Assembly: GCF_018350175.1 (NCBI RefSeq)
Contig: NC_058368.1
Location: forward strand, 204,912,001-204,976,000
Direction: 5' to 3'
DNA: 64,000 nt
DNA from: Felis catus
Taxonomy: Eukaryota
Under the pieces are notes generated by a model. That model did not search any database. It had not been told where the DNA came from and worked only from the letters and a program-made list of their open reading frames with translations. Positions 12,760 through 24,031 of the stretch are shown one piece after another. How positions within the stretch are numbered: the first letter of the stretch is position 1; each line of letters starts with the position of its first letter. Both the position numbers and the translations under genes were made by a program.

Positions 12760-13984
12760 GAATTTTAATATACTTCAAAAAAAGTCTTCAATAGTAACAA
12801 CTGGCCCAATGGATAGCTAATTTGTGCTAAATGTCAACAGATTAGTAACACAGTCTTATATGTATCCAAGATTAGCAGTTTGGCTGTAAAGACTAAGGTC
12901 AAAGAATACTTCTGTTAATTTTCAATGATTTTGCTTAATAATCAACTGTTAATGACTACATCCTTATTTCCTCGTAAGGACCTAGGTTCCTGAAAGTCTA
13001 GGGAAAAATTTGCTATTACTCAGCTGAACTCAGGTCAGGGTGAAATTTCTAAAGGAGATCTATGAGTCTAGTGGTTTCTTATCTTAAGGAAAATAACTTT
13101 TCAGATTGACCAATGTCACCAGTGATGTCAACATCAAATATATGTGAACATTTCATTGTGCAGGATATATAGTCTATAAAGTCTGGCTAGGAAGACTAAA
13201 AATGTACTTCTGTTAAGAATTAATAAATAGGAAACCTACAACCTTCAACCTAGCGATGGATCAAAACTGTTTTGCTATGGAAAAGGAAGTGAACAAAGAT
13301 GATACATTGGCAACTTTTTATACACTTTGTTACTAAAAAGTGTGGTAAATGAGCAAAACCAGACAAATCTCAGTTCAAATACTGGCTTTGCCTTTGTTAC
13401 TTCATTAATCTTGGGCATGTAAATTTACACCACCAAGACCCAGCTTTACCACCCAAAATACAGGAAAAAAAACATTAGTTTCCTTTGCTTCACAGACACC
13501 ATTAATTATGAGATGTCCTATCTCACTTAGAAATGGCTTTTGGGGGAAAAATTACCACATTAAACGTACTTATTATATAATGAACCCTGACTTAAGAAAT
13601 ATTCAACTGGATAAAATACTGCTTAGAAGATAGGAAACAGGACAAGATTATCCATTTTATTGAGTGTGTCACATGGAATGAATCACAAAGAAAGTAAAGA
13701 ACCCATATGGCTCCTGGCTCCAGAGTAAGTCCTCAGTAAATACTGATGATTTATCGTTAGCATTAGTATTCCAAAGGAGAAGCATCCACTTAGATTTTTG
13801 CTCAATACATTTCAGTCCAAAATAACGTGGAATTTTAGAAGTAAAACACATTGTCCAGAGATTTTTTTTTTCCTTTCACTTTATAGATGATCTACACATG
13901 TGGTAGGATAAAGTGACTTATCGAAGTTATCTAATAATTGCAGAATCAAAACTAGAACCCAGGTCTCCTATTTGTCTAATCAAG

Positions 13985-14225
13985 TAACGGTAGTAAGTGC
14001 TTCTCATGTGCCAGCCTTCTAATTGCTTTGTGTATATTACTGAGTCACCAAAGCAATCCAGTGTGACAATGTAATAGATATTATCATCCTAGTTTACAGA
14101 AGAAAAAAGCTGAGGCCCCCATAGGATAAGTGAATCCCACCAGGCATGCTCTTGGTCAGAGTCAAAGCACTGATCCAAATCCAGGTCTACCCGATTCCAA
14201 AGCCTGGACTCTTTCTGCTGAGCTA
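13985..14225 (-). mobile_element. MIR
   Basis: Core TTATCATCCTAGTTTACAGAAGAAAAAAGCTGAGGC and ATCCAGGTCTACCCGATTCCAAAGCC. Confidence 0.7.
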
Positions 14226-14265
14226 ATGCCTCCTGCTTGGCTTCTCACTTGCTCCTTCTTGGAAT

Positions 14266-14267
<2 letters not shown>

Positions 14268-14299
<32 letters not shown>
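14268..14299. repeat. Poly(T) tract, ~32 nt
   Basis: Directly visible. Confidence 0.9.
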
Positions 14300-14303
<4 letters not shown>

Positions 14304-15644
14304 CTGCAAGTCTTATATCTTTTTAACAAAACTAACTCTACAAGTTCAAGGACAATGTTACCTAAGTCTTTTGGACATGTGTGGCATAGGACTGGACTCT
14401 GGGTAGGTGCTCAGGAAAGGTTTTCTGAGTGCAAAGAAAAAGAATTTTTTTTTAATTATGACTTGTAAAAGCAAAAAACCATAAACACTGAAGCACTTGA
14501 AACTTGCAAACTATGGACAAAATTGGTCAAGTAATGACTTGTGTCTGGATGCCATCCCTTTTCAGGAAGTACTTCCTTGCTTCTTTAATCACTCTTGATT
14601 CATCAGTCCCAGGATTGGGCTTGAACAGAAATTCTCCTCAGCTCTAAGAAGTAGAATTCCAGCATATTCTCTTGTTGGTCCTATGCCAGTCCTGCTTTCT
14701 TTTAACAGTCAACAACTCTCAACACGCATGCTCAACAACCCTGAAGGCAAGGCAATCCTGAGAGGCACAGAGGTGAAATCTGACTGTCCTTGAGAACAGG
14801 GAAACCACTCCCAACGAGCACATGTGACCCCATTCGATGTTAGGCATTAAAAAACCTAGAGCAATTCCTAGCTGCAAAGGGCAGCTGATGCCTCTTTTCT
14901 TTACATGTTTAAGAAGAATAAAGCCCCTCTTGAGCTAATAAGGAGATGCAGAATAGAAGGTAAGAATTTCCTGAAAGACTCTTGGAAAGGTTCTATGACT
15001 GAAGTCCTCAGCATCCTTCCCCTGGCCTGGAGAACATGTCACACCCTTTAGAAGAACATTTCGCTCATATGAGACCAGACTAGAGGGACATGAAGGCAAT
15101 GTGAAGCCAAGTAACATGGGATCTTTACCTATACTCTTCTGTTCTTCCTCCTTGAAACGGCCCTGCCCAGCAAGCTCTCTTCCCATTAAAATCTGGTCAA
15201 ATGGACTAGGGCCCACAGTGAGGCCCAATCTGGTTGTTTTACTTCCTGGCCCAGATGAATAACATCCTCTAACCTGGGCAATGTTGATGAACTGTTGTTT
15301 TTTGAGTTAGCCTAAGCTTTGCAGGACAGCTCAAAAAGACAATCCCATCTTCATTATAACTCAGTTTATACAAAAGACAGAGCTATGGGTCTCATATTTA
15401 AAAACCATGTAAAAGATTGGCAAACACATAATTCAATTTTACGGTTTGTCTAATCAGTGTATAAATTCAGTGAACACATTCAATGTGTCTCTATTGCTTT
15501 CCCTAAGCTCCCCCTTTTATCTTTCCCTCTTTCATCTAAGCACAGATAGGCCTGCTATTCTGAGTCCTAATAAATTTTCTGTTGGAACATTTATAATGGT
15601 TTCTAATATCTTCCCACAGATATCCATAAGACTCTCCGTTTTAT

Positions 15645-15925
15645 TTCCTTCAGTTCTCTGAGCAAATGTCACCTTACTAGAGGCATTCCTTGATGATCCC
15701 ATATAAAATACTAAGTTCTTGGTCAATCTGCTTCACCTATCCTCTTACCCTGTTTTGGTGTTCCCCATATCACTTATCTCCATGTGACATATCATATATT
15801 TGTTTATTGACCGTCTCCCTTCATTAAATGTAAACACAATTTTGTTTTGTTCACTGTGTAATCTCTACCACCTATAACAGTGACGAGCTCATAACAGGCT
15901 CTCAGTGTTCGTTAAATGCATTAAC
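15645..15925 (+). mobile_element. L2 3' end
   Basis: AAATGTCACCTTACTAGAGGCATTCC...TTTTGTTCACTGTGTAATCTCTACCACCTATAACAGTG...CTCTCAG pattern. Confidence 0.7.
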
Positions 15926-17501
15926 AATCTTCAAAGGGATTCTTCATTTCACATCATTGCCAAAAGGTGACAGCACAGTCCTAGGTAAAAATACCATATC
16001 TCTTCAACCACCTCTCTTTAAAATCTGGAATAGATCGTATCTCCACTCCTCCAAGAAGCATTATTTTTTAAAGTGAATCATGTGCTTATTTTACTAGCAC
16101 ATTTTGTATTTTGACACCATACCTATTTCTGAATAAGATCATCCTTGAGATCCAAAAAAGGTCGAAGGCATTTCCTGAAGTCTTTTGACAACCTTTATAC
16201 CGAATTATAAGAGGAAGCTTTCTTTTTATTGCTTGGGCACAGGAAGATAATTGGAGCACAGGAGAAAAGTTGGATCCACACCTGACCTTGGAGAATTGTT
16301 TCAGAGACCCTGGTAATCATAAACTAAAGTTAGACAGAGCCTGGGGCACCACACCAGGCAGCAAGAGTACACCTTGTAATCAAAACTTGCACATACCAGG
16401 ACATGTTGTACCTTTCCTTTGGTGATGTTCTCATATTCCATTTGAACACCATCTGAATCTGATCATCTTCCTGCCTTACTCTTTTTCCTCTGGATCAGGA
16501 GCTGACCACATGGAGAAAACATGAATACTACATATTCTCCATATAATACTGTATATTCCTCCAATTCGTTAAAGAAATTTGGATACAGGGATGGGTATCC
16601 TGTACCAATGTGATGAATTCATTCACATCACCTTATTTTAGAATTATAATCTGGGTGAGGTTGATAATGCTGCATGGAGGTGGGAAGAGAAAGGGTGAGA
16701 ATATTTGGTCTGTCTTAAGGACAAATTTTAAACCATAGTTCCTTTCAAGTTCCAAATAATTCATTTAGTGGGCATAATTCATAAGTATGATAAGGCACAT
16801 TAATGGAAATCTACCCTTTCCTATCAGTTGATACTATGCAATCATGTGTTATAAAGAGAAAATAATTATAAATTTTGGGATCCTGAAGCAAAAGGTACAC
16901 TGATAGTATTTTTAATTTTTTGAATTTGAAAAACATTTTTAATTTTGTCTCTGGTTTCTCTTAATTCCTAAAACTTTGAAAATTGACTTGAGTATATTTT
17001 TTAACATTTTACTCAGTAATTCTGTGCCTATACTGTTCTATACCTGTATTGCTGAAAATTTCAGGCTAGTGTCTGAATCACCAAAGTTTACCATAATAAA
17101 TTATGTTGCAAACTATTGTCTGGACCTCAGTGCTTTGTCCTATAAACCATAAGAAGTGGATTTGATCTCTGAGGTCCCTCTTACTCTTACTCCCGATGAG
17201 TTTACACCCGAAGAGCTTTTGATGCAAGCACCAATGGAAAAGCAATGCTCCTGTTTACAAGTCTGGATAAATACTTTAAGGGTGATATGGATGATTTGGA
17301 TGACGACTCATCCTTCTAGACTGGTTAGCAACTTATCTAGTGTGATAGCAATTAACACAACACATGGAAAAGCTGCCATGAAGCTTAGCAAAATCACCCA
17401 TCTGCCAAACATGGTCCTTACAGGATTTTTCTCTAAGCATTTTGGACACAGTTTGCAGATCAGCTTATTTTCAAAACTTTTCCAACTCTAGGGCCTTTTG
17501 G

Positions 17502-17502
<1 letters not shown>

Positions 17503-17541
<39 letters not shown>
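17503..17541. repeat. (CA)n microsatellite
   Basis: Directly visible. Confidence 0.95.
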
Positions 17542-17543
<2 letters not shown>

Positions 17544-17587
17544 CAAAACCTGTTGTGTTTACAAATCTCAACACTTTTAGCCAAGAG

Positions 17588-17798
17588 CAGTTGTTCTCAA
17601 CCAGGAAGATCTCCTCAAGGTGACATCTGGTGATGTCAGGGACTTTTTTTATTGTCACAAGTTGGGGGGGAGGGCCCTACTGGCAGCCAGCAAGAACAGA
17701 TAAAGGATGCTGCTGAATATCCTACGGTGTGCAGCACAGCCTCACAATAGAGAATTACCTACCCAAGATGTCAACAGTGGCAAGACTGAAAAATCCAG
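17588..17798 (+). mobile_element. MER20 (hAT-Charlie MITE)
   Basis: CAGTTGTTCTCAACC start, TTGTCACAAGTTGGGGG, GGATGCTGCTGAATATCCTAC, GATGTCAACAGTGGCAAGACTGAAAAATCC end. Confidence 0.8.
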
Positions 17799-18764
17799 GT
17801 GTAGAGAGCACAGCTTTGGATTTATGGTAGCCCAACCAAGTCTATGTGAAGGAAGTAAGAATTCCTGGGGCGATCCTTGTCTTCCCAAGTCTCACCGAGA
17901 GTCTTCGTATTTTTTTAGGACTTACTGAGTACTTAGGGGAAGCCTAGATATTAACGAAGTGAGAGAAAAGTTAATTGGATGTAGGTAGAACTAAATACAT
18001 TGTTTCTTGGATGCCCTTTCCTGGTCATGTTATGGAATAGGTTGACAGGCTGCCTTTTCTTTAAAGAACATTATTGAACACTTTGATAGGATTGGACCTC
18101 CCAGAGCAACACTTTGCCTCATTTCAACCCAAATCCTTGCAGAGTCAGTCCTGGATCATCACTCTTCTCAGTAGAGTCTCACTGACGGGAGTTGAGCTTA
18201 CGTAGAGCCTTGATGCACGTTGGATGCAAAGAACTATGATGGTTTTTAACAATAGAGTTATCTACTCTCTGCCCCCCACTCCAAGAGAAGAAGTCAGTTT
18301 AGAAAATGAACTCAAATAATTGAGCCCGAGTGTCCTGAAACTCCAACCCTTTTAAATTGTAAATTATTCTAAAACGTATCTCACACACCATGCCTTTTGC
18401 AACAGATGATACTAACTTTAATCTTTTCCTAATGATTTTAAGGCATCATGTTACGGATGTCAGCTGTGAACCCCTGTAACCGCTTCATGCAGGGAGACAG
18501 AGACAGTGGTCCAAACGTTTACTTCACGAAGGTTTTTATGGCCCTGGTAGGCCCATTGGTAAGTAATGCTAGTTTGAGCTCCCTACCCTCACAAAGTTAC
18601 CAGAGGCAGAGCGTAAGCATTTTCTGTATAAATAGGAAGAAATCCTGAAGGTCTGAAATGTACTTTCTCATCCATTTCAGATGCTGTGAATTCTCCAACA
18701 AAACTTGACTTGCAAGGATAGGCCAATGAATGTGCAAAGTCTGTTTTTTACATGATTTTGATAT

Positions 18765-18975
18765 TAACTAACACTTATCAATGCTATTAGCCATACTCTG
18801 AATGGCTAAGTGCATTTCATCCATTATTTAATCTCAACCTCGTAATAACTCTGTGAGGTAGGTCCAAGTATTTATACCCATTTTACAGATACTGGAGGTG
18901 GAAGCAGAGAAAAACTGAATAATATGCCTAAATACTAAGTAGATTTGAAGCTGGGTAGTCTGATGCTGAAGCTTT
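18765..18975 (-). mobile_element. MIR
   Basis: AACTCTGTGAGGTAGG...ATACCCATTTTACAGAT core. Confidence 0.7.
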
Positions 18976-19101
18976 GTTTAAACCACAACCCCAGGGGCTG
19001 CAAAATGATAGTCTGTGGGCTAAGTGTGGACCACAATATCAATGTTACGTGAGCCAAACAAACGTAACTTTTGGGGCCATGTCTCAAAATGGGCAGCTGG
19101 T

Positions 19102-19214
19102 GGGGTGCCCAGCTGGCTCAGTTGGTAGAGCATGCAGCTCTTGGTCTCAGGGTTGTGAGTTCAAATCATATGTTGGGGTAGAGTTTACTTACAAAAATGA
19201 TAAAATAAAATCTT
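19102..19214 (+). mobile_element. Short ancestral-type CAN-SINE (tRNA-like head without CT tract)
   Basis: A box TGGCTCAGTTGG, B box GAGTTCAAATC, A-rich tail; decayed TSD AAAATGGGCAGCTGGT / AAAGTTGGGCAGCTTGT. Confidence 0.8.
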
Positions 19215-20669
19215 AAAGTTGGGCAGCTTGTGTCTGGCACAAAGGCTCTGCCACGGGGCAGGCAAGGATTGATATTCAGCCCGCACTTGACCTGCACAGC
19301 CATGGGTCCATGTATGAAGAAAGGGGTGCCATTTCCTAATCTGTACAAAGGAGTCAGATGAGCTAGCAGCAAGCCTGGTCGGCAACACTAACAAATTGGA
19401 CTGACACAAAACGCCACATTTATGGCTTCTCAGGGAAGGGAAGGGGAAGGAAGGAAAACTGAAAGGAAGGAGGGAATCAGGACTAGCATTCCCCTGTAGC
19501 AACCAGTTCTACAGAAGGGACACATGCTTGCCTGTGTGCAACTGGCTCATTTCACACCTTTGTGTTACTTGCCAAGACGCTCCAAGCTTTCCGAGTTTGT
19601 AACCTCTGTACTACATTGCACTTCTGGCATTTTGTTTTAAAATCCCCTCCCTTCTCCTTCTGAACAAGGGTCCAGTCACAGTGCCTCAACTGTTTTGGCC
19701 CCCTCTGCAGAGTACCAGAAAAGTCCAGCTTTCCTGAGCTGACTGACTCCTGCAGGTGACCAGGCAGGGTGGACGTTTTCCTTTGCAGGCTGAAATTCCT
19801 GTTTTTAGGACACACTGTTCTCTTCAGGCTCTATGACTGACGGAAAAAAAAAAAAAACCCACCCCCCAAAAACATGGAAAAGAACTTTGTTGTGGGCAGC
19901 CACGAATGGGGGAAAGACCCACGTATTTGATAACTGTTCCCCTTAAAGCACTTCCTTATGAACGTGCATGTGAAAACTACCCACGTGAGTGTTTACATTT
20001 TGGAGGCATCACTATTTCTTCTCCTTAGACCACAGCAGGTCTCAGCCAGGTCTGGGGCATGTGAGCAATCAACAAAGAGCCACAGGGGATTGGCGACTGG
20101 AAGATGCAAGTTAGCTGCTGACTGAACAGTAGTCACTTGGAGGGTGCCAGATATTTTCCTAGCCCGCTAGAGCTCCAGTAGGGGCCACATTTGTCTCTGC
20201 AAGCTGATGCGGTCCAGCAGCTCCAAGCGGCCTCCCCATGCCCTCACCAAAGGGACTGTTGGCTGGTCCACAGAGACACCTGTTGTTAATACACAGCTAG
20301 AGGACTTGGAACGTCATCACACCTCCCCACATTTGGCTGAGGACATCAAGCAGTCACCACTCCTCACTGGCATGTGTCTTGTTTTAGTATGGAAGCCAGA
20401 AGGAATTAATTCTATCTGCTGGATCTCTGCCCTCTACCAGGAGATTAGAGAGGGATAATAACCTTTATTCTATCAAATTCATTTGAACTGAGGAAAAGCA
20501 AGATCCATGAGAGTTTAGATCAGAAATGTTTAATCAGTCCATGTATCAGAAGGACCTCTTGAAGAAAAGATTGTAAATGGCCTATTGAAAAACATTTCTC
20601 CCCCACTGCTGTACCTGCAGAACATATTTTTATGGGAGTGGTAATGTGTGCAGCTTAAGACAAACAAAA

Positions 20670-20940
20670 CAAACTGCATATTTTCAGGTTTCCCTGCAGA
20701 AAAGGATGCCCTATGATGGTGACTAACGAGATGTAAGTTGAAGTCACCAAGTAGGACATCGAGGAAAGGACAGATGTGGCTAGCTTGTCTGTTTACCTTC
20801 TGTCCTTTATCCTTAACCTTCTTCTTGCTTAGAAACACGGTGCTTAAATCTCTAGCAGCCATTTCATGAGCATGAGGAAGGGGCCAACAAGGTAAGGATT
20901 ATGGAACAGAAAGCTAGAAGAAGCTCGTGGCATTGGCTGA
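20670..20940 (+). mobile_element. Old MaLR LTR fragment (MLT1I/J/K-like)
   Basis: GAGATGTAAGTTGAAGTC and GCAGCCATTTCATGAGCATGAGG motifs. Confidence 0.45.
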
Positions 20941-20944
20941 CAGA

Positions 20945-21095
20945 AACTATCATGGGAACTGGGCAATTTACTTAGTTTTTCTGAGTGTCAGTTTCCTGAA
21001 TTGTATTACCTCCCTTGCAGGGTTTTTTATGAGTATCTAAATGAGATAATATGTGTCACACTGCCTCACAATGACTGATATAAAAGTCAGTCCAA
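20945..21095 (+). mobile_element. MIR fragment
   Basis: TGGGCAATTTACTTAGTTTTTCTGAGTGTCAGTTTCC...AAATGAGATAATATGTGT. Confidence 0.6.
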
Positions 21096-21728
21096 TCAAC
21101 AAATCACTCCTTTCCCCTTCTCATCAGATCTCCAGAGTCAAGGAAAAGTTAAGCCCGACTTACTTGCTACTAGCTGACATTTTGAAAGTAGGCCTCTGTA
21201 TAAAGTGGTTTTTTTGACTTGCTGTCAACTGGCGCAGATACTACGGAGCAAACAAGCCCCGAGGCAAGTGAAAGAGATTCCCTTCAAGGTGAGCAGTAGG
21301 AACCCAAGGTAAGTAGCAGATTGGGCCTTGCCAGACTGGAGCAGGGAGAAAGCACGGCCTTGCTCAGAAGAGAACCTAAGAATATCTGAGATAAAGCAAC
21401 CATCAGGAAGTATCCAAATCCCCTTATGGTCCAACGCATTCATCCCTCAGGGAAATTACGGCAAAATGGAAGAGTAAAGAGGGAGAGCAATCCTCTGCAT
21501 GACCTCCAGCCTGGAGACCTCCACACAAAGAGAAGGCCTGTCATTCTTACCCCCAAGTACAAGCGTGCACAGTGTCTTGATACCTAAATGCATGTAGGTC
21601 ACCCGTGAACAAGCGACTTTTCCAATGTGTTCCATTTTTTAAAAGAAAATCTAGAACTCTACAATTTCTCTTTTCTAGCCAGCAGTTCTTTGGCACCATA
21701 TAAATCTGATAACTCTTTCTCTTCAAAG

Positions 21729-21932
21729 CAGCCATAAGCAAACCTTTACTGTAAAGGACCAGAGGGTAAATATTTTAGGCTTTGTGGTCCATAGGGCCTC
21801 TGTTGCAACTATTCTCATCTCTGCCGTTCCGTGAGACCGCAAACACTGGTAACACATGCAGGAATGGATATGGCTGTGTTCCAGTTAAGTCCCATTTACA
21901 AAAACAGGTGGCCTATAGCTTGGCAGTCTCTG
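21729..21932 (+). mobile_element. MER58A (hAT-Charlie MITE)
   Basis: CTGTAAAGGACCAGAGGGTAAATATTTTAGGCTTTGTGG and GGCTGTGTTCCAGT...ATTTACAAAAACAGG; 8-bp TSD CTTCAAAG / CTTTAAAG. Confidence 0.85.
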
Positions 21933-22599
21933 CTTTAAAGGACACTGAAACCATGCAAAACTAAACAAGAAACGTTCAATAATAGAAAAGACTCTCTCAC
22001 CAATAATCATTACCATGAGAGTTTGAAGTAGAGGAAGGAAATGAAATGCGGAGAATCAGGCATTCCTACATTAGAAACAGTGCTTTCACGCAAAGCCAAA
22101 GACTCAAATGTTCCAAGATTATTGCAGATTGTGATAAGGAAGGGCAGTGAAGGCAACCTGATTGCAGAAATAGGTTAAGATAAATATTCAAGTGAATAAA
22201 ACAATCTGTGAACTACGGCATGGGGGTTCCACGCGAAGGAATGAATGAATGGGAAACACCATTACGAGCCTTTGACTCTTGAAGCACAAAAGTAGGGCAC
22301 GAGTAGTAAGTGTGTGAGGTAAGGGCTAGAGGCAGTAGCAGAACATAGGGCCCAAACAGGTATCCTTCAAACATCTGAGGCCCCCGGGTTCCTGGCCCCA
22401 ACACCACTCAGCACTGGTGACACCGCTTTGCTTTCTTTTCTACTCACACACAAAATGTTCATATAATGAAAATAACTTACGTGGAATGGAACGTGGAGAG
22501 AGATGGGAAACAGAATTCCATGAAAAAACTTAGAGGAGGATCATCTGGCACAGCTTTCAGGAAGGCTGGTCTTTTGGCTGTTCTATGGCCACATGCTTC

Positions 22600-22627
22600 T
22601 TTTTTTTAATGTTTATTTATTTATTTT

Positions 22628-22690
<63 letters not shown>

Positions 22691-22867
22691 GTGGGCGAGG
22701 GACAGAGAGAAAGAAAGAGAGAGGCAGGGGAGAGAGAGAATCCCAAGCAGGCTCCGTGCTGTCAACACAGAGCCCAATGTGGGGACTGATCTCACGAACC
22801 GTAAGATCATGACCTGAGCTGAAATCAAGAGTTGAATGCTCAACCAACTGAGCCACTCAGGCACCCC
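22600..22867 (-). mobile_element. CAN-SINE with expanded (CT)n tract
   Basis: Antisense head CAACTGAGCCACTCAGGCACCCC, (GA)n, T tail; decayed TSD TGGCCACATGCTT / TGGCCATACACTT. Confidence 0.92.
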
Positions 22868-22929
22868 TGGCCATACACTTTTGTTTCTACTGTTCTTCTT
22901 TCCCTGAGCTCCCCTTTGCCTTCTCTCAT

Positions 22930-23180
22930 AAATATAGTAAAGTGCTAACGCCATGCCAATGTTCTAATGTATGCCACATTACATGCACACATGTCGGTCC
23001 TCCTGATCCTTATAACCCTGTACATAGGTGTTATTATTGTTCTCACTGAACAGACGAGACAACTGAAGCACAGAGAGGTCAAGGAATTTTCCCAGGGCTA
23101 TCCAGCTAAGAAGTGACAAAACTGAAACTGGAACCCAGACAGTCTGGCTCCAAAGTCCATGCTTCCAACTGCCACTTTAC
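22930..23180 (-). mobile_element. MIR
   Basis: ACAGACGAGACAACTGAAGCACAGAGAGGTCAAG...GAACCCAGACAGTCTGGCTCCAAAGTCCATGCT. Confidence 0.8.
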
Positions 23181-23639
23181 CCCAAGTTCACGGTCTTCCT
23201 CCTCCACATTCCAAAAGCCAGCCCTGACTGGGCACCTCATACCAATGACTCCACTTTACCCTCCAGCGTTCATCAGTGCTTAACGTTTTCATTTTCTCGA
23301 GACAGTAATTTAACACAACTTTCAGGTACAATTACCAATGTATAGACTATAGGGAGGACAGAAAAAACATGGCAAAGGATACCATGGGGAAATAATCAGC
23401 AAAATGCAGACCGTAGCAAACTCTCCCAACAGCTCGGTTTCTTCAACAAATAAATTGCAGATAGAAAGAAAGATTCTGAACCTATAGATTAAAAGGAACT
23501 TACAGACTTAAAACCAATTACAGTATATGGAAATTATTTGGAGCCTGATTCAGACTCTGAAAAACAAATTATGACATTTGAAACAACTGTAATTTGAACA
23601 CTACATGTATATTCAATTATTTAAAAATGTTTATCTCTT

Positions 23640-23866
23640 GGGGCGCCTGGGTGGCTCAGTCGATTAAGTGTCTGACTTCAGCTCAGGTCATGAACTCACA
23701 GTCCACAAGTTCGAACCCCACGTCGGGCTCTGTGCTGACAGCTCAGAGCCTGGAGCCTGCTCTGCATTCTGTGTCTCCCTCTCTCTCTCTGCCTCTCCCC
23801 TGCTCGCGTGCTGTCTCCCTCTCTCTCTCAAAAATAATAAACCTTAAAAAATGTTTTAAATATAAC
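23640..23866 (+). mobile_element. Felid-type CAN-SINE (SINEC_Fc-like)
   Basis: GGGGCGCCTGGGTGGCTCAGTCG head, GTTCGAACCC B box, CT tract, A tail; TSD AAAAATGTTTATCTCTT / AAAAATGCTTATCTTTT. Confidence 0.95.
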
Positions 23867-23884
23867 AAAAATGCTTATCTTTTC

Positions 23885-24031
23885 ATAAGTGGGGTGATGG
23901 ATATGTTAATTAGCCAGATAGGGGAATCCCTTCACAATGTACACGTATATCACATCATCAGAAAGTATACTTTAAATATCTTATAATTTTATGTATCAGT
24001 TATATTTCAATAAAGCTGGGGAAAAAGAAGA
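23885..24031 (+). mobile_element. Short L1 3' terminal fragment (L1MA/L1_Carn-like)
   Basis: GGTGATGGATATGTTAATTAG...TATACTTTAAATATCTTATAATTTTAT...CAATAAAGCTGGGGAAAAA. Confidence 0.8.

Noticed and set aside
16380..16640. Exon-like purine-rich minus-strand segment and small hairpins (ATGTGATGAATTCATTCACAT)
   Set aside because: All frames from the best acceptor hit stops; no recognisable peptide; the stems are too short for a pre-miRNA.
19102..19175. tRNA gene
   Set aside because: The cloverleaf stems are broken and it has an A-rich tail and TSD, so it is a tRNA-derived SINE.
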